Shown here: one piece after another, positions 58,296 to 64,000 of the stretch
How positions within the stretch are numbered: position 1 is the stretch's first letter
How the letters are laid out: the number at the start of each line of letters is the position of its first letter
Source of the DNA: an uncultured Thermoleophilia bacterium
Lineage (GTDB): Bacteria; Actinomycetota; Thermoleophilia; UBA2241
Assembly (NCBI GenBank): GCA_963702475.1
Contig: CAVPCT010000003.1
Span: 576,001 to 640,000, forward strand
DNA: 64,000 nt
Reading direction: 5' to 3'
Program-made: the position numbers and the translations under genes
The notes under the pieces: model-generated
What the model saw: only the letters and a program-made list of their open reading frames with translations
Database searches by the model: none
Told to the model about the DNA's origin: nothing

Positions 58296-60098
58296 GTGGA
58301 CTTCTACAAAGGCAGCGTGCTCAGGATCGACCTGAGCGCCGGCACCTCCACCGTGGAGCCGCTCAACATGGAGTGGGCCGAGAAGTACATCGGGGGCAAG
58401 GGCCTGCTGCTCCGCTACATGTGGGAGGAGGTCCCGGCAAAGGTCGACCCGTGGGCTCCCGACAGCCCTATCATCCTCATGACGGGTCCGTTCGCCGGCA
58501 CCAACGTGAGCACCGCCTCGCGCCTGGTGGTCGGCTGCAAGAGCCCGCAGACCGGCATCCTCAACGACAGCTACGTGGGCGGCTCGTTCGCGCCCGAGCT
58601 CAAGTTCGCCGGCTACGACGCCGTCATCATCCAGGGCGAGTCGCCCGAGCCGGTCGTCGTCACCATCAAGGATGACGTCGTCTCGTTCATCCCGGCCGAG
58701 GGCAGGTACTGGGGCCTCAAGACCTCCGAGATCGAAGAGGCCATGCGCAAGGACTTCGACGCCGGCGCCAAGACGCTCTCCATCGGCCCTGCCGGCGAGA
58801 AGGAGGTCCTCTGGGCCTGCCTCTCCACCGACCAGTACCACAAGGCCGGACGTGGCGGTCACGGCGCCCTCTGGGGCCGCAAGAAGCTCAAGGCCATCGC
58901 GGTGAGGGGCACCGGGTGCGTCGAGGTCGGCGACGCGAAGGAGTTTCTCGCCGACCTGTACCGCATCCACACCGACTACGTGCTCACCGAGGACAACCTG
59001 TGGGCCAACGAAGAGGGCACGCCGGTGCTCGCGCAGATCATGAGCGACGCCGGCGTCATCCCCACGCGCAACTGGTCCTCGGGCACGTTCGACCTCATCG
59101 AGAGCATCAACTCCGACGCTTTCGTCAGCGTGCGCACCAAGAACCGCGCCTGCTACCAGTGCGCCATCGGCTGCCGCCAGTTCCACGAGGTCGAGGGCGT
59201 CTACGGCGAGGGTCCCGAGTACGAGACGATCGCCCTGTGCGGCGCCAACTGCGGCATGGGCGACATCGCCGCCCTCGTCAAGTTCAACCACCTCTGCGAC
59301 GAGCTGGGCATCGATACCATCTCCAGCGGCAGCGTGGTGGGCCTGGCCATGGACCTCACGGAGAAGGGCATCCACGACTTCGGCATGCGCTTCGGTGAGG
59401 TCGACACGTACCTGCAGGCGCCGGCCCTCATCGCCAGCAAAGAAGGCGTCGGCGCCGAGCTGGCGCTCGGCGCCCGTGCACTGGCCGCCAAGTACGGCGT
59501 GCCCGAGCTCGCCATGGAGGTCAAGAACATGGAGCTGCCGGGGTACGACCCGCGCGGCTCGTTCGGCATGAGCCTCGGCTACGCCACGTCGGACCGCGGC
59601 GGCTGCCATATGCGCACCTACCCCATCGCCGACGAGATCGTCGGCGGCACGCTGCCGCCCGACAGCCTCGAGGGCAAGGCTCACAAGATCGTCTGGAGCA
59701 ACCCCGCTGAGGGCTTCATCGGCGAGAACTTCAGCGCCGTGAAGTTCGCCGGCATCTGGTGTGACTTCTGGGCCATCACGCCGGAGCAGGTCGGGCAGCT
59801 TCTCAGGCACGCGTGGAGGCGCGAGTTCACGGACGAAGAGGTATTCGAGATCGGCGAGCGCATCTGGAACCTCGGCCGGCTGTTCAACCTCCGGGAGGGC
59901 GTCGAGGCCGACACCATCCCGCACAAGCTGTACGCCGAGGAGCACGCCCACACTGAGGGCGCCTCGGCCGGCCGCGCCATCGGGACGGAGACGTTCAAGC
60001 AGGCGCTGCAGGACTTCTACAAGATCCGTGGATGGGATGAGAACGGCGTGCCCAGCGAAGCCAAGCTCGCCGAGCTCGGCGTCGACGTGCGCCTCTGA
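58296..60098 (+). CDS. aor: aldehyde:ferredoxin oxidoreductase (W/Mo)
   Basis: LRIDLS, IGGKG, KSPQTG, IGPAGE, GRGG.GA, C..C.IGC, GPEYET, GIDTIS, YDPR, RGGCH, RGWDENG.P. Confidence 0.93.
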   Translation: MDFYKGSVLRIDLSAGTSTVEPLNMEWAEKYIGGKGLLLRYMWEEVPAKVDPWAPDSPIILMTGPFAGTNVSTASRLVVGCKSPQTGILNDSYVGGSFAPELKFAGYDAVIIQGESPEPVVVTIKDDVVSFIPAEGRYWGLKTSEIEEAMRKDFDAGAKTLSIGPAGEKEVLWACLSTDQYHKAGRGGHGALWGRKKLKAIAVRGTGCVEVGDAKEFLADLYRIHTDYVLTEDNLWANEEGTPVLAQIMSDAGVIPTRNWSSGTFDLIESINSDAFVSVRTKNRACYQCAIGCRQFHEVEGVYGEGPEYETIALCGANCGMGDIAALVKFNHLCDELGIDTISSGSVVGLAMDLTEKGIHDFGMRFGEVDTYLQAPALIASKEGVGAELALGARALAAKYGVPELAMEVKNMELPGYDPRGSFGMSLGYATSDRGGCHMRTYPIADEIVGGTLPPDSLEGKAHKIVWSNPAEGFIGENFSAVKFAGIWCDFWAITPEQVGQLLRHAWRREFTDEEVFEIGERIWNLGRLFNLREGVEADTIPHKLYAEEHAHTEGASAGRAIGTETFKQALQDFYKIRGWDENGVPSEAKLAELGVDVRL

Positions 60099-60126
60099 GG
60101 CGCGACGCCGGACGAAGGAGAGACAG

Positions 60127-60627
60127 ATGCCTCACGTGATGATCTCGAGCAAGAAGTGCACCGGTTGCCACATGTGCGAGCTGGCCTGTTCCGCCCAGCA
60201 CGAGGGCGTGTACCAGCCCACGCTGGCCCGGCTCTGGTCCGAGGTGAACCCCACCACCGGCGCCACCAAGGGCCACACCTGCCTGCAGACCGGCTGCGCC
60301 AAGTGCCAGAAGGCCTGCCCCAACGACGCCATCGTGACGAAGGAGATCACCCTGCACGTCAAGGGTGAGTTCGGCGCCAAGGAGAAGATCGGCGACACCG
60401 TCACGGGCTACGTGCTGGTCGTCGTGGACGAGCTCTGCACCAACTGCGGTGAGTGCTACGACGTCTGCCCCACGCAGACCATCCACGAGCACCCCACCAA
60501 AGAGGTGGCCTTCAAGTGCGACCTCTGCGGCGGCGAGCCCCAGTGCATCGCCTTCTGCCAGAACCCGCACGTGCTGGCCGTCGACCTCAAGGTCGACAAG
60601 ATGGACAAGGAACTGGCGCAGGTCTGA
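60127..60627 (+). CDS. 4Fe-4S dicluster ferredoxin-like AOR subunit
   Basis: CTGCHMCELAC, CLQ..C..C...CP, CTNCGECYDVCP, KCDLC...PQC...C. Confidence 0.92.
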   Translation: MPHVMISSKKCTGCHMCELACSAQHEGVYQPTLARLWSEVNPTTGATKGHTCLQTGCAKCQKACPNDAIVTKEITLHVKGEFGAKEKIGDTVTGYVLVVVDELCTNCGECYDVCPTQTIHEHPTKEVAFKCDLCGGEPQCIAFCQNPHVLAVDLKVDKMDKELAQV

Positions 60628-60637
60628 GGACGTACGC

Positions 60638-60904
60638 GTGCCCGCCTACGTCAAGCTGCCGGTGGGGATGACCACCGTCGACGGCCGCAAGGAGGTCGCC
60701 TGCGACGGCGTCACGGTGCGCGAGGTCATCGAGCAGGCCATCAAGGCGGAACCGCGTATGCGCGCCCGCATCTTCCGCGAGGACGGCAGGCAGTACGCGG
60801 GGATCTTTCTGAACGGGCGCAACATCAGCGCCTTGCAGGGCATGGACACGCCGGTGGCGGACGGCGACAAGCTCAACGTGCTGCCGCCGCTGTCCGGCGG
60901 ATAA
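60638..60904 (+). CDS. MoaD/ThiS family sulfur carrier
   Basis: IFLNGRNI, DGD.L..LPPLSGG with C-terminal GG. Confidence 0.9.
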   Translation: MPAYVKLPVGMTTVDGRKEVACDGVTVREVIEQAIKAEPRMRARIFREDGRQYAGIFLNGRNISALQGMDTPVADGDKLNVLPPLSGG

Positions 60905-61033
60905 GCGACGAAGCGGGCTCATCGAGCGGGGCGCCGCAGGGGCACCGCTCATTGAGCGGCGCACGGAACAGGCAAGGCCGGGGGCCGGCGCTCGAAGGGG
61001 GCGCCGGCCCTCTGTCGTTGGTAGACTGTCGCC

Positions 61034-61696
61034 GTGAGCCCGACCCCGCCAGTCTCGGCCTTCGACGCCGCCAGCCTCGCCGCCGCCGTGCTGGGCCGCG
61101 CCAGCGTGCGGCGCTACCTGCCCGACCCGGTACCACGCGACGACGTCACGGCCATGGTCGACCTCGCCGTACACGCGGCGAACGCCGGCAACGCCCAGAT
61201 GTGGCGGTTCATCGCCGTCGACGACGAGCTCACGCAGGTGGCCATGCGCCAGGCGGTGGACGACGCCATCGACGAGATGGCGGCCTGGTCCGAGCTGGCC
61301 GGCAGGGAGAAGGAGATCAAGGCGCTGCGCGTGTACGCCACCTTCTTCGTGGAGGCGCCGCTCACGGTGGCCGTGTGCGGCGTCCCGTACGTGTCGCGCG
61401 CCGACGAGATGCTGGCCGCGCGCGGCGTGGGGCCCGAGGAGCGCGATCGGCTGCGCCAGAGGCCGGACCTGCAGAGCATCGGGGCGGCCGTCCAGCTCCT
61501 GTGCACGGCCGCCCACGTCCTCGGGTACGGCGCCTGCTGGATGACGGCGCCGGTGCTGGCCGCCGAGGCCATCGAGCAGATCCTCGGCGTCGAGCCGCCG
61601 GCCAGGCTCGTGGCGCTCGTGCCCATCGGCCGACCTGCGGGCGAGGTCAGGCCGTCGTCGCGGCGCCCGGTCGAGGACGTGCTCGAGTTCCGCTGA
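61034..61696 (+). CDS. nitroreductase family protein
   Basis: RASVRRY..DPV, A.NAGNAQMWRF, LGYGACW, VPIG.P, RRP; TAGACT 6 nt upstream (leaderless). Confidence 0.9.
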   Translation: MSPTPPVSAFDAASLAAAVLGRASVRRYLPDPVPRDDVTAMVDLAVHAANAGNAQMWRFIAVDDELTQVAMRQAVDDAIDEMAAWSELAGREKEIKALRVYATFFVEAPLTVAVCGVPYVSRADEMLAARGVGPEERDRLRQRPDLQSIGAAVQLLCTAAHVLGYGACWMTAPVLAAEAIEQILGVEPPARLVALVPIGRPAGEVRPSSRRPVEDVLEFR

Positions 61697-61774
61697 CTCG
61701 CGCGGGGCGTGGCCCTCCGTCCGGCCCTGGTGACTCCGCGCGCCGTTCCGCGCCGCAGTCGCGACGGGCCACGC

Positions 61775-61804
61775 TTGCCTCCGCGCGCCGGGCCTCGGTA
61801 CACT
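61775..61804 (+). promoter_or_regulatory. putative promoter of pylB
   Basis: TTGCCT-N18-TACACT, 65 nt upstream of the GTG start. Confidence 0.5.
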
Positions 61805-61869
61805 CGAGAGCACGGCGCTTCGCCCAGCCGCAGTCTCCGGTCCGCATCGCCCGTCAGAGAGGAACCCCC

Positions 61870-62949
61870 GTGGCAGACCCGACGCTCAGCATCGACGACC
61901 TGTGCACCCGTGCCCTGGCCGGCGAGACCTTGGAGGAGCGCGAGCTCGAGGCGATGCTGGCGGCCGGACCGGCCGACGCCGAGACCGTGTTCGCGGCGGC
62001 GCGAGAGGCGCGCAGCCGGGTCTCCGGCGACTGCATCTTCCTCTATGGCTTCATCTACTTCTCCACGTACTGCCGCAACGCGTGTGCGTTCTGCTTCTAT
62101 CGCGCCGACAACCTCGAGAGCCCGCGGTATCGCAAGTCCCTGGACGAGGTCGTGGCCATCTGCAACGACCTGGCGGGCTCCGGCGTCGTGCTGCTCGATC
62201 TCACCATGGGCGAGGACCCGGTCATCCACGACGAGCCGGGCTACCGGAGTCTCCTCGACCTGGTCTCGGCCGTGCGCCACGGTAGCGGTCTGCCGGTCAT
62301 GGTCTCGCCGGGAGTGGTGCCGGACGACGCGCTCGCCGGCCTCGCCGAACGCGGCGCGGACTGGTACGCGCTCTACCAGGAGACGCACACGCGGGAGCTC
62401 TACGACCGCCTGCGCGTGCACCAGCCGTTCGAGGAGCGTGTACACGCGCGTGACGCGGCGCGTGGGGCCGGTCTGCTGGTCGAGGACGGCATGCTCACCG
62501 GCATCGGCGACACGCCGGCCGATCGTGCCCGTGCTATCGCCTCCATGCGCGACGCCGCCTGGGAGCAGGTGCGCATCATGACGTTCGTGCCGCAGGCCGG
62601 CACGCCCCTGGAGGACGTGGTGCCGGCCGGCGATCTCGACGAGCTCCTCACCATCGCCGTGCTGCGCCTCGCCTGCCCGCAGGCGCTCATCCCGGCCTCC
62701 CTTGACGTGGACGGCATCGCCGGCCTCGAGCGGCGCCTCAACGCAGGCGCCAGCGTGGTCACGTCCATCGTGCCGCCGACGAAGGGGCTCGCCGGTGTGT
62801 CGCAGAGCGAGCTGGACATCGAAGAGGGCTACCGCACCGTGGAGGGCGTGCTGCCGCACCTCGCGCGTCTCGGCCTGCGCGCCGGCACCGTCGAGGAGTA
62901 CCGCGCCTGGCTGGCCACGGCACACGAGCGCGCGCTGGTGCGGGCGTGA
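61870..62949 (+). CDS. pylB: 3-methylornithine synthase (radical SAM), pyrrolysine biosynthesis
   Basis: FLYGFIYFSTYCRNACAFCFYR (CxxxCxxC), DLTMGEDP, PVMVSPG, ALYQETH, MTFVPQAGTP, IPASLDVDG, VVTSIVPP..GLAGV; AGAGG RBS. Confidence 0.92.
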   Translation: MADPTLSIDDLCTRALAGETLEERELEAMLAAGPADAETVFAAAREARSRVSGDCIFLYGFIYFSTYCRNACAFCFYRADNLESPRYRKSLDEVVAICNDLAGSGVVLLDLTMGEDPVIHDEPGYRSLLDLVSAVRHGSGLPVMVSPGVVPDDALAGLAERGADWYALYQETHTRELYDRLRVHQPFEERVHARDAARGAGLLVEDGMLTGIGDTPADRARAIASMRDAAWEQVRIMTFVPQAGTPLEDVVPAGDLDELLTIAVLRLACPQALIPASLDVDGIAGLERRLNAGASVVTSIVPPTKGLAGVSQSELDIEEGYRTVEGVLPHLARLGLRAGTVEEYRAWLATAHERALVRA

Positions 62950-64000
62950 GGCTCCTCGTCGTCGGCGGTAAGCTGCAGGGCACGGAGGCCGCGTATCTCG
63001 CCGGCAAGGCCGGATGGGACGTCGTGCTGGTCGACCGGCGGCCGGCCCCGCCGGCCGCCGGTCTGGTGTCGCGGCACATGGCGCTCGACATCACGGCGGA
63101 CGAGCAGACGGCGCGCGCGCTCGTCGCGTCGTGTGACGCCGTGCTGCCTGCGTGCGAGGATCTCGCCACGCTCGAGTGGCTGGCCGCCCGCGTCGAGACC
63201 TGGGGTGTGCCGCTGCTGTTCGACCTGGCAGCCTACGAGGTGACTCAATCCAAGGCGGCCTCCCGTGAGCTCTTCGCACGCCTCGACGTGCCGTTGCCGG
63301 CCCCGTGGCCGGCCTGCGGGTTCCCCGCCGTGGTCAAGCCGGACGCGGCGTCCGGCAGCGACGGCGTGGCGGTGGTCGGCGACGAGGCGGGTCTGGAGGC
63401 GGCCGTGGCGGTGTTGCGCGCGGCCGGCCACCGGCCCGTCGTCGAGGAGTACGTCTGTGGCCCCTCGCTGTCGTACGAGGTCCTTGCGGCCGGCGGCCGC
63501 GCCTGCGCGCTTCAGGTCACCGGCCTCGAGTTCGACGCCGTCTACGACTGCAAGCGCGTGGTAGCGCCGGTCGGGGAGACCGGCCGCGGCGCCGCGGCGG
63601 CGCCGGTGCGCGCCGACGGATCCACGGTCTGGGAGCGCGCCGTGCCCGAGGGCTCGCTGGCGCGCTTCGCCGCCGTCTCCGAGCACCTCGCCCTGGGCCT
63701 GGGTCTCAGCGGCCTGATGGACGTGGAGGTCATGGTCCGCGACGGCGAGCCGCTCCTGTTGGAGATCGACGCGCGCCTGCCCAGCCAGACGCCGACGGCG
63801 GTGTACTGGTCGAGCGGCCTCAACATCCTCGAGGAGCTGTGGCACACGGTCTCCGACGGCGCGCCCCCGTCGGGCGACGCCGTCCCGCGTCGCGCCTGCG
63901 TGTACCAGCATGTCCGCGTCCGCGACGGGCTGGCGGAGGTCTGCGGGGAGCACGTCATGGGCGGCTGCCGCCCGCTGCGCCTCGTATCGGGGTTCTACGA
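62946..64000 (+). CDS. pylC: 3-methylornithine--L-lysine ligase (ATP-grasp), 3' partial
   Basis: GTGA overlap with pylB; VVGGKLQGTEAAYLA.KAG, VLPACED, SK, VKP...SGS.GV, EEYV.GPSLS.EV, YDCKRV, GLMDVEV, EIDARLPSQTP; open to window end. Confidence 0.9.
   Translation, partial: MRLLVVGGKLQGTEAAYLAGKAGWDVVLVDRRPAPPAAGLVSRHMALDITADEQTARALVASCDAVLPACEDLATLEWLAARVETWGVPLLFDLAAYEVTQSKAASRELFARLDVPLPAPWPACGFPAVVKPDAASGSDGVAVVGDEAGLEAAVAVLRAAGHRPVVEEYVCGPSLSYEVLAAGGRACALQVTGLEFDAVYDCKRVVAPVGETGRGAAAAPVRADGSTVWERAVPEGSLARFAAVSEHLALGLGLSGLMDVEVMVRDGEPLLLEIDARLPSQTPTAVYWSSGLNILEELWHTVSDGAPPSGDAVPRRACVYQHVRVRDGLAEVCGEHVMGGCRPLRLVSGFY

Noticed and set aside
61697-61869. Possible tRNA-Pyl (pylT) upstream of pylB
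   Set aside because: No CTCTAAA-type anticodon loop or cloverleaf seen on either strand
1-64000. CRISPR arrays, IS elements, rRNA
   Set aside because: No regularly spaced direct repeats, transposase/integrase motifs or rRNA-like segments; nearly all sequence is assigned to CDSs

Overview
High-GC (visually about 70%), gene-dense bacterial chromosome segment, mostly on the + strand. The anaerobic gene content and actinobacterial-style TANNNT/leaderless promoters suggest an uncultured anaerobic actinobacterium such as Thermoleophilia (inference only). In order, the window holds: (1) an IclR-regulated catabolic island (two SDRs, 3-hydroxyacyl-CoA-dehydrogenase-like, cyclase-family hydrolase, cupin, BKACE, LIV-type ABC transporter) matching the enzyme set of anaerobic phloroglucinol degradation, with a recurring 17-bp operator; (2) housekeeping and accessory genes (5-formyl-THF cyclo-ligase, V4R-GGDEF, rlmH, argS, BlaI, M42/M55 peptidases, tRNA-Gly, DtxR-feoB, treT-otsA, an indel-rich stretch with an orphan DNA methyltransferase, larC); (3) fhs-fchA-folD followed by a HydC/HydB-like NADH module with no catalytic subunit; (4) a truncated APC permease remnant, then an Lrp / APC permease / metallophosphoesterase / nucleotidyltransferase-like cassette next to putrescine aminotransferase; (5) cspA, gatCAB, a nifV/aks-type 2-oxoacid operon interrupted by a cyclophilin, and an AOR operon; (6) pyrrolysine biosynthesis genes pylB-pylC running off the right edge. 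Best candidates for novel biology are the APC/phosphoesterase/NTase cassette and the non-canonically arranged pyl genes, with an in-frame amber junction between treT and otsA. No CRISPR array, rRNA or mobile element was seen. All calls come from motif recognition by eye; no database searches were run.
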